Shown here piece after piece: positions 19,011 through 27,796 of a DNA stretch of 64,000 nt (position 1 is the stretch's first letter; each line of letters begins with the position of its first letter). This DNA comes from Planctomycetota bacterium (GTDB lineage Bacteria > Planctomycetota > PLA2 > JAEUHO01), in the NCBI GenBank assembly GCA_965222115.1, contig CBDCTJ010000001.1:256001-320000 (forward strand), read 5' to 3'. The position numbers and the translations under genes are program-made. The notes under the pieces were generated by a model. The model saw nothing but the letters and a program-made list of their open reading frames with translations, did not search any database and was not told the DNA's origin.

Positions 19011-20354
19011 ATGTCCACGACGCCCGCAAACACCACTACGCTCGCTGCGCCTCTTGGGCGCATTGCGCTGCTTTCGTTGGGATGTGCCAAAAACCTCGTC
19101 GATAGCGAACAACTCGTCGGCGCGCTGCGGCAAGCGGGCTTTACCATGGCGGAGTCGCTCGACACGGCAGACCTCGCGCTCATCAACACGTGCGGTTTCA
19201 TTGATGCCGCAAAGCAAGAGTCGATCGACACCATTTTGCGCGTTGCCACGCAGAAGGAATTTGGGCGCCTGCGCGGCATCATGGTGAGCGGCTGTTTGGT
19301 GGAGCGCTACCTCGACGACCTGAGGAACGACATACCCGAGGTCGATCGTTGGATTCCGTTTGGTGATTACGGCCGCATCACGAATCACGCGCGCGAACTC
19401 ATGAGCCTTAAGCAGGTGCGCGATCTGCCCGCTGAACGTGTTCTGCTCACGCCCACGGCCTATGCCTATCTCAAGGTGAGCGAGGGATGCGATCAGCGCT
19501 GCGCGTTTTGTGCTATTCCATCGTTTCGCGGCAAACTCAAGAGCCGCACCATTGAAGAGAACGTGGCCGACGCCAGGAAACTTGCCGCGCGCGGTGTGGG
19601 TGAGATCAACATCGTGTCGCAAGACACAACGGCCTACGGCCGCGACATCTACGGCAAGCCGGCACTTGCGAAGCTTCTCCGCGAGCTAACAACCATTGAC
19701 GGTCCGTCGTGGTGGCGCGTGTTGTACCTCTACCCTTCCACTCTTCGCGACGATGTCTTGGAAGAGATGGCGAGCAATGACCGCATCGCAAAGTACATCG
19801 ACATCCCCCTCCAACACATGAGCAACAACGTACTGCGCGCGATGCGACGCGGCATTACGGGAGAGCGTCAGCGCAAACTGCTTCAACGGATTCGGGACGT
19901 GATTCCAAACGTTGCGATTCGAACCACGCTCATCTCCGGCTTTCCCGGTGAAACCGAAGATGATCACCGGGAACTCGTCGAGTTCGTGCGCGAAGGGTGG
20001 TTTGACCGCATGGGTGTGTTCCCCTTTAGTCGCGAAGAGAGTACACCGTCCTATGCGATGGACGCGCAAGTGCCCGGGGAAGTGATTGAAGCGCGGCGAC
20101 AGGAACTCATGGAAGCCCAGCAACGCGTCCACCTCGAGCGCAACGCATCGCTCGTGGGCTCTACGATGGACGTGTTGATCGAAGAGCACTCCCCCATCAC
20201 CAAGCGCGCTTCGGGTCGCACGCAGCACGACGCCCCGGAAGTCGATGGAAAGGTTCACATCTCGGGATTGGCGATGGCCCGGCCAGGAGCGATTGTTCGC
20301 TGCACCGTCACCGGCGCCGACGACTATGACTTGACCGCCACGCCCTGCGCGTAA
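19011..20354 (+). CDS. rimO: Ribosomal protein S12 methylthiotransferase
   Basis: 'SLGCAKNLVDSE', 'NTCGFIDAAKQES', radical-SAM 'GCDQRCAFCAIP', TRAM 'GRTQHDAPEVDG'. Confidence 0.97.
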   Translation: MSTTPANTTTLAAPLGRIALLSLGCAKNLVDSEQLVGALRQAGFTMAESLDTADLALINTCGFIDAAKQESIDTILRVATQKEFGRLRGIMVSGCLVERYLDDLRNDIPEVDRWIPFGDYGRITNHARELMSLKQVRDLPAERVLLTPTAYAYLKVSEGCDQRCAFCAIPSFRGKLKSRTIEENVADARKLAARGVGEINIVSQDTTAYGRDIYGKPALAKLLRELTTIDGPSWWRVLYLYPSTLRDDVLEEMASNDRIAKYIDIPLQHMSNNVLRAMRRGITGERQRKLLQRIRDVIPNVAIRTTLISGFPGETEDDHRELVEFVREGWFDRMGVFPFSREESTPSYAMDAQVPGEVIEARRQELMEAQQRVHLERNASLVGSTMDVLIEEHSPITKRASGRTQHDAPEVDGKVHISGLAMARPGAIVRCTVTGADDYDLTATPCA

Positions 20355-20429
20355 GCGGCGACGTGAGTTACGGGGTATTTGCACTCGGATTGTGCGTGAA
20401 TCGCAGTCGCCTCGGTCAATAATCGATCC

Positions 20430-21047
20430 ATGGGCTGGGCCAACCGCATTACCGCAATTCGTGGCATCTTGACGCTCGTGGTCTGGGTGCTCTTGGCGAT
20501 TGCAGCACACCGCCCGAGCGTGCCGTTGTTGTGGACCGCCTTTGTGGTGTTCGTCATTGCCGCGTCCACCGACTTCCTCGACGGCATGTTGGCGCGCAAG
20601 TTTGGCGATGAAAGTGTCTTTGGTCGCATTGCTGATCCGTTGGTCGACAAGATGCTCATTATTGGCACGCTGATTCTTCTGCTCGGTGTACCGCTTGTGG
20701 GCAACATTCTCGCGGCGTGGATGGTGGCGCTCGTGTTGCTTCGCGAGTTGGTCGTAACGGCGTTGCGCGCCGCCGTGGAAGCACAGGGAAAGAACTTCTC
20801 CGCGGTCCCCATCGGTAAATGGAAAATGATCCTTCAGTGCATCACCGTGGGTGGATTGATTCTGTATGCCACGGGGAAGACGTGGGCGCATAGCGAAGTC
20901 CCGTTCCTAAACGTGCTTCCGAACGACCAACCGTACTGGAGCGTGTGTCAGGCGCTCGTGTGGGCCACGCTCATCGTTACAGTTCTTTCGTTGATTCCCT
21001 ACGCGTCTCGCGCACGCACGTTGCTTCGCGCCGAGCCCACGTCATAG
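20430..21047 (+). CDS. pgsA: CDP-diacylglycerol--glycerol-3-phosphate 3-phosphatidyltransferase
   Basis: 'ANRITAIR', 'TDFLDGMLARK...FGRIADPLVDK', 'GKWK'. Confidence 0.93.
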   Translation: MGWANRITAIRGILTLVVWVLLAIAAHRPSVPLLWTAFVVFVIAASTDFLDGMLARKFGDESVFGRIADPLVDKMLIIGTLILLLGVPLVGNILAAWMVALVLLRELVVTALRAAVEAQGKNFSAVPIGKWKMILQCITVGGLILYATGKTWAHSEVPFLNVLPNDQPYWSVCQALVWATLIVTVLSLIPYASRARTLLRAEPTS

Positions 21048-21064
21048 CTCACCCCCGACGTCTC

Positions 21065-21592
21065 ATGCATACGCCACAGGAACCAAAGGCCGTTGCCAGC
21101 GACCGTCCAACGTTTTCGAGTTGCGACGTGGTGTTGGCAGGGTTTGGCCCCGGGTATGCCCCATGGATGCCTGGAACGGTTGCGTCGCTCGCGACAGCAA
21201 TTCCGCTGGCATTCATCCCTGCAAACGGACTCGGCGTCGCCGTCTGCACGGCGGTCGCGTTGATTGCGAGCGTACTCACGGTCGTCTTTCTTCACCGCCG
21301 ATGGTCCCAGCTCTCAATCGATTCCGATGACCCCGGTTGGGTTGTCATGGATGAAGTCGCTGGCCAAGCCATTGCCATGATGGGTGCGCTCGCATTGGTT
21401 CAGCAAGTCAACGTACCCAGTTGGATCGCGGCGGCTGCGGCGTTCACGCTGTTCCGCGTGTTCGACATCAGTAAGATTGGGCCTGTAAAATGGGCCGAGC
21501 GCCTGCACGGTGCAACCGGCGTGCTACTAGACGACGTCGTTGCCGGTGTATTGGCGGCTGGAATGCTCGTGTCCGCAGCCTTCGTTCTGTAG
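21065..21592 (+). CDS. pgpA: Phosphatidylglycerophosphatase A
   Basis: 'GFGPGYAPWMPGTVASL', 'DPGWVVMDEVAGQ', 'FRVFDISK', 'GVLLDDVVAG'. Confidence 0.93.
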   Translation: MHTPQEPKAVASDRPTFSSCDVVLAGFGPGYAPWMPGTVASLATAIPLAFIPANGLGVAVCTAVALIASVLTVVFLHRRWSQLSIDSDDPGWVVMDEVAGQAIAMMGALALVQQVNVPSWIAAAAAFTLFRVFDISKIGPVKWAERLHGATGVLLDDVVAGVLAAGMLVSAAFVL

Positions 21593-21749
21593 TTCGCCGT
21601 CGGGCACCGACATGCAAACCGGAACGACCGCGCATGAGGTCACCCCCCAGCGTTACGGGCCTATACTTCCCGCTTGCTTGGTGCGCTGAGATGCAACGCA
21701 CGGCGCCACAGGGATCTGAGACCGCGCCGGGCGGCGACGGAGGTAACAC

Positions 21750-23996
21750 ATGGCTAAGCGCTCCCGAGGCGGCCGAGGCTCAAGAGGTGATCGCGGTCGA
21801 AGCGGTCGCGGGCAGGGTAATCGTGGACGGGGTGATCGCGACGACGCACAGCCCGTAAAACCCGTGAAGCCGGTGCGACCCGTCCAACCGGCCAAGCCCG
21901 TGCGTCCCGTGAAGCCGGCCCAACCTGTCAAGCCCGTTCGACCCGCGAAACCTGTGGACGCCGCGCGCCCGGTGAAACCCTTGCAGCCCGCGCGTCCCGT
22001 ACAGCCATCGAAGCCCGTCCGTCCAGTCAAACCCGCACGACCCGTGCAACCCGCCCAACCCGTTCGACCTGCCAAACCGATTCGACCTGCAGAACCCGCA
22101 CGTGGTGGACGGGAAGCTGCACGACCCGCGGCCGCGATGGCCAAGCCCACGTCGTCTTCAACGTCGCGACCGTCACGTGCGCGTGAAGAAGACATCGGTT
22201 CCCGCGCATCGCGACGCCCAGCACAAGCGAGGGGAATGAGTCTGGGTGCAAAGATTGCTACGCTGTGTGGTTTGCTCACATTGCTTTCAGTCGGCGCAAC
22301 CATCGCGCTCACGAGTGGCATCGGCGACGGCGGGGAAGACAAGGCCGACATGGATCGCTTCGGTGAAACTGCGGCCGCTATGGTGGGATCTCGCGGCGCG
22401 GCTTGGTATTCCGGCGCGTCAGAAGATCGTGCAGCGGCCAAGAATGAGAAGGCGCTCATCGCGAGACTCAAGAGCGATTTCAAGAAACTTTGGGGCGAAG
22501 AAGGCGCGCGTTGGTGGAATGATCAGTACGACTACTTGTTTGATAATCCGCCCAAACTCGATGAGCTCGATGAGCGTGATCGCGCCGACTTCAATGAGCG
22601 ACGAGAACGTTTTGCGATTGAGATTGGTAAGCGCGTTGGCGGCAAGGATGACGGAAGCAAGAAGAAGGGCGACATTGCCTCGCTCCGCTTGAATCAGGTG
22701 ATTGCGCGCATCCCGTCACGCGAAGGCGATAAATATCGCGTGATGGCGGCATTCTTGCTCACGCCGAGTCCGGAATCAAAATGGGTAGCGGGCACAACCA
22801 GCGTGTCGAATGTGAAATACGACCCAAACGCATACGTGGCGAAAGGCAACGGCGTGGGCTACGTGGACGGCAAGCTCACCATCGACGGCACAGACTATGA
22901 CGTTCGCTACTACAGCGCGCGTGCGCCCGCTTCGCGCCCGAAAGACAACCGCATGAGTTACGTTGCGGTGTATGAAGATCGCAACACCGGGGGCGGCAAA
23001 ACAAATTTGGGTATGATCATGCTCCTGCTCGGTCCCCTACTCGTCGGCGGCACGGCCATGGCGTTGGCCGGCAAACACATCAAGGGTCTCAAGTCGCTCA
23101 GTCGCGACATTGATCGTTTGGGTTCATCCGGCGACCCCGATCGACAGTTGCGTGCCGATGGTGTGGAGGCGAACACGATTGCACGATCGGTCGAGCGCAT
23201 GGCCAGCAACTTGTATGTGCGCGCGAAGCACGATGGCGATGATTTGGATGAAATCGTTAGTCGCGAACAAAAGGTCGCGGCAGAGATTCACGGCGCGCTG
23301 ATGAGCAAGAACCCACCGCGACTCCAAGGGTATGAAGTGGAGACCTTGTTCAAGCCTGGCTTTGAGATCGGCGGTGACCACTTCGACTACTTCGCCATTG
23401 ACGACAGTCATTTGGGCATCATCCTGCTCGACACCAATGTGCGTGGCGTTCAAGCGGCGCTCGTCATGTCCGCAACGAGGGCGTACCTACGTATGGCCGC
23501 CCCCGGTCAACACTCGCCGGGTGAAGTGCTCAAGGAAGTCAATCGCAACTTGGCGGGTGAGCTTCCAAAGGGTCGCCACGTCACGGCGTTCTACGTCGTG
23601 CTCAATACGGCCGATGGCACCGCCACCATGGCAAGTGCGGGTCACTTACCGCTTCTGGTCTATCGACACGCAACGGGCAAAGTCGCCAAGGTCAACCCCG
23701 AAGGGCTCGCGCTGGGGCTCGACTCGGGACCCGTCTTTGATCGCACACTCCAGGAAGGCGACATTCCCATTGGCATTGGCGATCGCATCGTGCTCTACAC
23801 GGACGGCGCGTTGAACATTCTCAATGAAGAAAACGAAGAGTTTGGCGAAGCACGCTTCTATGAAGCCGTCACGCGTGAAGCACCGAAGAACTCGCAGGCC
23901 TTTGTGAACTTCTTGGGCGGCGCCATCGACCAGTTCCAACTTGATGCTGTGCAGAACGACGACATCACCATTTCGACCATCAAGCGACTGCGTTGA
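21750..23996 (+). CDS. Membrane PP2C/SpoIIE-type Ser phosphatase (HAMP-like linker; Pro-repeat N-tail)
   Basis: Two TM segments around an extracytoplasmic domain; 'EIGGDHFDYF', 'ASAGHLP', 'LYTDG', 'DDIT'. Confidence 0.9.
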   Translation: MAKRSRGGRGSRGDRGRSGRGQGNRGRGDRDDAQPVKPVKPVRPVQPAKPVRPVKPAQPVKPVRPAKPVDAARPVKPLQPARPVQPSKPVRPVKPARPVQPAQPVRPAKPIRPAEPARGGREAARPAAAMAKPTSSSTSRPSRAREEDIGSRASRRPAQARGMSLGAKIATLCGLLTLLSVGATIALTSGIGDGGEDKADMDRFGETAAAMVGSRGAAWYSGASEDRAAAKNEKALIARLKSDFKKLWGEEGARWWNDQYDYLFDNPPKLDELDERDRADFNERRERFAIEIGKRVGGKDDGSKKKGDIASLRLNQVIARIPSREGDKYRVMAAFLLTPSPESKWVAGTTSVSNVKYDPNAYVAKGNGVGYVDGKLTIDGTDYDVRYYSARAPASRPKDNRMSYVAVYEDRNTGGGKTNLGMIMLLLGPLLVGGTAMALAGKHIKGLKSLSRDIDRLGSSGDPDRQLRADGVEANTIARSVERMASNLYVRAKHDGDDLDEIVSREQKVAAEIHGALMSKNPPRLQGYEVETLFKPGFEIGGDHFDYFAIDDSHLGIILLDTNVRGVQAALVMSATRAYLRMAAPGQHSPGEVLKEVNRNLAGELPKGRHVTAFYVVLNTADGTATMASAGHLPLLVYRHATGKVAKVNPEGLALGLDSGPVFDRTLQEGDIPIGIGDRIVLYTDGALNILNEENEEFGEARFYEAVTREAPKNSQAFVNFLGGAIDQFQLDAVQNDDITISTIKRLR
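21849..22100 (+). repeat. Coding 9-bp-period repeat, (P-[V/A]-[K/R/Q])n
   Basis: QPVKPVKPVRPVQPAKPVRPVKPAQP...PIRPAEPAR, more than 25 triplets with synonymous variation. Confidence 0.9.
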
Positions 23997-23997
23997 C

Positions 23998-24330
23998 GTG
24001 GGCGCGGATCACGCTTCCCCGCTCCCTCACGAGTGTCTGGCTGCGTTCCAAGCCAACATCGACGCGATCTACGGCGACAAAGACCGCGCTCGCGGGGTTG
24101 CCTCCACGTACCAGTGGTTCGTCGAGGAGGTGGGCGAACTCGCGCGTGCCCTTCGCCGGATGGACGCAGATAACCTCCGCGAGGAGTTCAGCGACGTCCT
24201 GGCCTGGCTTGCCACCCTGGCGACGCTGACCGATGTGGACCTTGTGGAAGCGGCCTCCCGCTACTCGAAGGGCTGCCCGCGCTGCGATTCGACTCCCTGT
24301 GCCTGCGAACGAGGTCCATCTCGCGAGTAA
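23998..24330 (+). CDS. MazG-like nucleotide pyrophosphohydrolase
   Basis: 'YGDKDRARG...WFVEEVGELA...EEFSDVLAWLATLA' and C-terminal 'GCPRCDSTPCAC'; start codon uncertain. Confidence 0.85.
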   Translation: MGADHASPLPHECLAAFQANIDAIYGDKDRARGVASTYQWFVEEVGELARALRRMDADNLREEFSDVLAWLATLATLTDVDLVEAASRYSKGCPRCDSTPCACERGPSRE

Positions 24331-24505
24331 ACCCCGTAAGTATCTAAAAGAATGACACTTACGGAGATTACATAATAATTCTGCTAACTCGTTGGCCACA
24401 CTGTGCGACACAAGGTACTGTGTATCTATAAGCTTGCGATTTCGGTCGCGTGTGTCGCCAGTGTCGGCGCCCACGAGACCGAGCTTCACTCCAGAAGCAA
24501 ACGGG

Positions 24506-24549
24506 TACGACTCCTTGGCAGCGGAGGCCAAGGAGTCGTAACTTTTTTT
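24506..24549 (+). terminator. Perfect 14-bp hairpin followed by a T-tract
   Basis: TACGACTCCTTGGC-agcggag-GCCAAGGAGTCGTA then ACTTTTTTT; partial second copy at 24623-24646. Confidence 0.65.
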
Positions 24550-24662
24550 GCCGCAATCGGCTATTACTTGAGATTTGCCGCTGCTGATCGGATGTCTACG
24601 CTCCTCGCTACGCCCGGAACCGTGGCAGCGGAGGCCAAGGAGTCGTTGCGTTCTTGGCAAAC

Positions 24663-24856
24663 GCGCCACAGATACCAGGTATTTGGGGCGCAAGGGTGGG
24701 AGCAGGTCGAGTGCGACCCCAGTTACTTGGTCTCTCGGGGGCATGCGCCACAGAAACCAGGTATTTCTGGCGCACGGTGCGGCGAGGCACCACGGATACC
24801 AGGCAATTTCGGCGCTGGGAGGCAGGCGTGCCACAAAAGCCAGGCTTTTGTGGCGC
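24663..24856. repeat. Cluster of 29-nt palindromic REP-like units (family B)
   Basis: GCGCC-N7-CCWGG-N7-GGCGC units start at 24663, 24745, 24787 and 24828; a degenerate inverted unit starts at 24714. Confidence 0.85.
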
Positions 24857-25186
24857 ACACTGTGCTTCGTTCGTGATTGTGATTACTACGTTTACGCGAA
24901 CGAACGGACGCTAGTGTCAGATTGATCCCGTAACCATCTATTTGACAACATCTTATGATCATGCGTTAGGTATCGCCGTGAGGCCGATTTCGACAATCTT
25001 ACGCTCCCGTTAGGCAAGTTTCGATCCGATCCATACGAGTCAGGGGCCGTCGAATGGACAGCGGCGACGCGTAGGGTTCGCGTTCTGCTCGCATGCCAAT
25101 CGACTGCCTCCCGATCCGAGGGAACGACATGCACGACGCCCGCGAGAACCGCGCGGTGTGTGCAGACGTATAGGGAGGAACGAGAC

Positions 25187-27613
25187 ATGAGCCGGTCTCG
25201 AATCACACCATCGCGAACCGTTTGGCTTCGCTTGCTTTTCGTTGGTGCGATGGCTGCCATTGCCACGTGCTGCAAGTCAACGCCGCTAGACAACGTCTGG
25301 CCAGGTTGCATGGTTTGCACAGAGTGCCCAGCACCTGCAACGACTGAAACACCCGATGTACCCGCCGCAATGCCTTGTCCACCGGCAGAGGCCGTACCCA
25401 TGGATGCCACCATGGGCGAGACCTATGTTGCGCCGATGGCGACGCCCGCGCCGCAAGCCACAGGCATGCGCCTGCCGTGGGAAGTGCGTATCGAAGAACG
25501 CGTCTCCCCCACCGTGGATTGCAATCCTGTGCGCACCCAACACACCTTGGTTGCAACGGTTTTGGATCAAATGGGTGAACCCATGCCAGGCCAACGCGTG
25601 GAGTGGATTCTCACGCGCTACGGCAGTGCGGTTGGCGACATTGTGGCCCACGACGACCAATACGGTCCCGGCTCCATCGCCCCCATGGTGAACGCGCGTC
25701 TCGGCAACAACGGGAACAAGATCACCAATCACTACGCCATTTCGTTCACGAACTATGGGCCCGAATTGCTCGACTCCGGGAACAACTTCCCCTACATGAG
25801 CTCGAACGGCACGCGTCTACCCGACTTCGCAGTTAACCGCGGTGAATCATGGCTCACGATCACCTCGACGCGCGAAGGCGTGACCGACATTGTCGTTTCT
25901 GTTCCGGGCATCCGCGACGGCACGAAGCATAAGATCTTCGCTAAGAAGATCTGGGCCGACTTCAACGTTGAGTTCCCCGAGGACGCAGTAAGTGAACTCC
26001 CGGCTGACACGGTTGAAATCCCGGTACGCATTCACACGATGGATGGCTCCGGCATTCCCGGACACACGGTCGAGGCCGAGATTCTGGATGGACCTGAGGC
26101 AACCTTTGAGGGTGTCGAGGGGCCCACAGCCACCTTGGAATCAGACGCCAACGGTGAAGCGGTGTTCCGAATCAAAAATGTCAGCGGTGAGCCAGGCGTC
26201 AACCGCATCAAGTTGACCGCAATGGGCAAGTTCTATGGTGAGACGTGCCCGCAGTCCGTCATCATGCAGCAGGAGTGGCGCTCCATTCAACTCGACGTGA
26301 GCTGCGTCATGCCGCCACAAGTGCCCGTCGGACAACCGTTCACCAAGGTGATTACGGTCGTCAACAACGGCAACGCCGTCGCAGAAGCCGTATCGGTCAA
26401 TGAAGACCTTGGCAGCGGACTTGAGCTCGTTGATGGCGAGACGTTCCCCATGGAATTGGGCGACATGCAACCGGGCCAGTCCTTGAGCCGCGAGATTCGC
26501 GTGGTCGCAAAGGCCGAAGGTTCGTTCACCAACACCGTGCGCGCCATGTCCGGCAGCCGTGAAGCGGAAAACAGTTGCTCGGTGGAGGCCGTACAGGGCT
26601 TGCTTCAGATCGAGTCGGTCTGTGAGCCTGCCCAGGCACAAGCTGGTCAGAACACGAGCTTTGTGGTCACCGTAACCAACGGTGGCAAGGCACCGCTTGA
26701 GAACGTGATGGTCGTGGATGAATATCCCGAAGGCATCACGCCCACCAGCCAGAACTCGGCCAACTTGGGCCGCTTGGAACCCGGCGAGAGTCAAGAGATC
26801 ATCTTTAGTGGCGTCGCGGAAGCGTCGGGCACGTTTACCAACGTCGCACGGGCAACGGCCGACGGCAGCGAAGAGGTCTCCTCGCAGTGCACACTTGAGG
26901 TGCTTCAGTGTCGTCTCGAGATCGAAATCGCGCCGACCAAGGAGCGCATCGTTGTGGGCGACGAAGCCGAGCTCAGCATGGTCGTCAAGAATGTCGGCGA
27001 TGGCGAAGCCAAGGACTGCACCGTGCGCGTTACGTACGGTCAGGCACTTGGTGGCGGCTTTGAAGACTTCAACATCGGACCGCTTGCAACGGGCGAAGAG
27101 TGGGAGCGCACGTGGACGCGTCGCTCGACGGGAGCCGGTGAAGCCACCATCGCAGCAGACGCAACCTGCGGGGCGGCGTGCAAGTTGGGCCGCGAAACAA
27201 AGATTATCGTGGACGGACTGACCGCGATCGAAGTTGAGATGGTTGACAAGGGCGTTGACGAGGGCAAGCAAGGCGTGTTCTCGGTTGGCGAGACGTTCAA
27301 CTACGTTTGCAAGATCTCGGACGATGGCGGAAGCCAGGGCGCGCGCGACTTGGTCGCGGTGCTGCAACTTCCCGCCGAACTTGAGTTTGTAAGCGGTGAC
27401 GGTACGGGCGGCGTGACGATTTCCGGAAAGGGCCAAACCGCTGAATCTACGCCGTTTGATCTACCGCTCAACGGTTCGGTCACGATCAACTTCCAGGTCC
27501 GTGTGCTTTCGGCGCCCACGTCGAGCATGGTCAAGAGCGTGCTCTTGATCAATCGCAACAGCGACGGCGCGACGTTGGCAGACGAGAGCGAGAGCACAAC
27601 GCTTCGACCGTAG
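25187..27613 (+). CDS. OmcB-like Cys-containing lipoprotein with Ig-like and DUF11 repeats
   Basis: AGGGAGG SD; signal ending 'IATC-C'; repeated 'I/VTVxNxGxAxAExVxVxD/E...G' and 'LGxLxPGES' modules. Confidence 0.8.
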   Translation: MSRSRITPSRTVWLRLLFVGAMAAIATCCKSTPLDNVWPGCMVCTECPAPATTETPDVPAAMPCPPAEAVPMDATMGETYVAPMATPAPQATGMRLPWEVRIEERVSPTVDCNPVRTQHTLVATVLDQMGEPMPGQRVEWILTRYGSAVGDIVAHDDQYGPGSIAPMVNARLGNNGNKITNHYAISFTNYGPELLDSGNNFPYMSSNGTRLPDFAVNRGESWLTITSTREGVTDIVVSVPGIRDGTKHKIFAKKIWADFNVEFPEDAVSELPADTVEIPVRIHTMDGSGIPGHTVEAEILDGPEATFEGVEGPTATLESDANGEAVFRIKNVSGEPGVNRIKLTAMGKFYGETCPQSVIMQQEWRSIQLDVSCVMPPQVPVGQPFTKVITVVNNGNAVAEAVSVNEDLGSGLELVDGETFPMELGDMQPGQSLSREIRVVAKAEGSFTNTVRAMSGSREAENSCSVEAVQGLLQIESVCEPAQAQAGQNTSFVVTVTNGGKAPLENVMVVDEYPEGITPTSQNSANLGRLEPGESQEIIFSGVAEASGTFTNVARATADGSEEVSSQCTLEVLQCRLEIEIAPTKERIVVGDEAELSMVVKNVGDGEAKDCTVRVTYGQALGGGFEDFNIGPLATGEEWERTWTRRSTGAGEATIAADATCGAACKLGRETKIIVDGLTAIEVEMVDKGVDEGKQGVFSVGETFNYVCKISDDGGSQGARDLVAVLQLPAELEFVSGDGTGGVTISGKGQTAESTPFDLPLNGSVTINFQVRVLSAPTSSMVKSVLLINRNSDGATLADESESTTLRP

Positions 27614-27636
27614 TCGGGTAGCGCTTACGTAACACC

Positions 27637-27682
27637 ACAGGCGGCGACGGTTCGTACGAACCCCGCCGCCTGTTTCATTTTT
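27637..27682 (+). terminator. Intrinsic terminator
   Basis: ACAGGCGGCG...CGCCGCCTGT stem followed by TTCATTTTT. Confidence 0.75.
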
Positions 27683-27796
27683 GTAGCCGCAGGGCGACCT
27701 GAATGTCCCTTTGCCTGCGGGAACTTTGGACGGACGGCGGCCTCGTAGGCATTATCTGGCACCCCGCGGAACGCTCGCGGGAGCGCCGGAGCACGC

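Noticed and set aside
24663-24856. CRISPR array
   Set aside because: The 29-nt units are degenerate, the gaps are only about 2-22 nt, the same unit is dispersed elsewhere, and there are no cas genes. It is REP-like.
23980-24925. ORFs of 116-292 aa across the repeat patch
   Set aside because: Overlapping frames on both strands made of translated palindromes; no protein motifs.
26141-27436. 431-aa antisense ORF (likewise 18233-19282, 19686-20891, 39832-40698, 61868-62704)
   Set aside because: Shadow frames opposite well-supported genes in GC-rich DNA.
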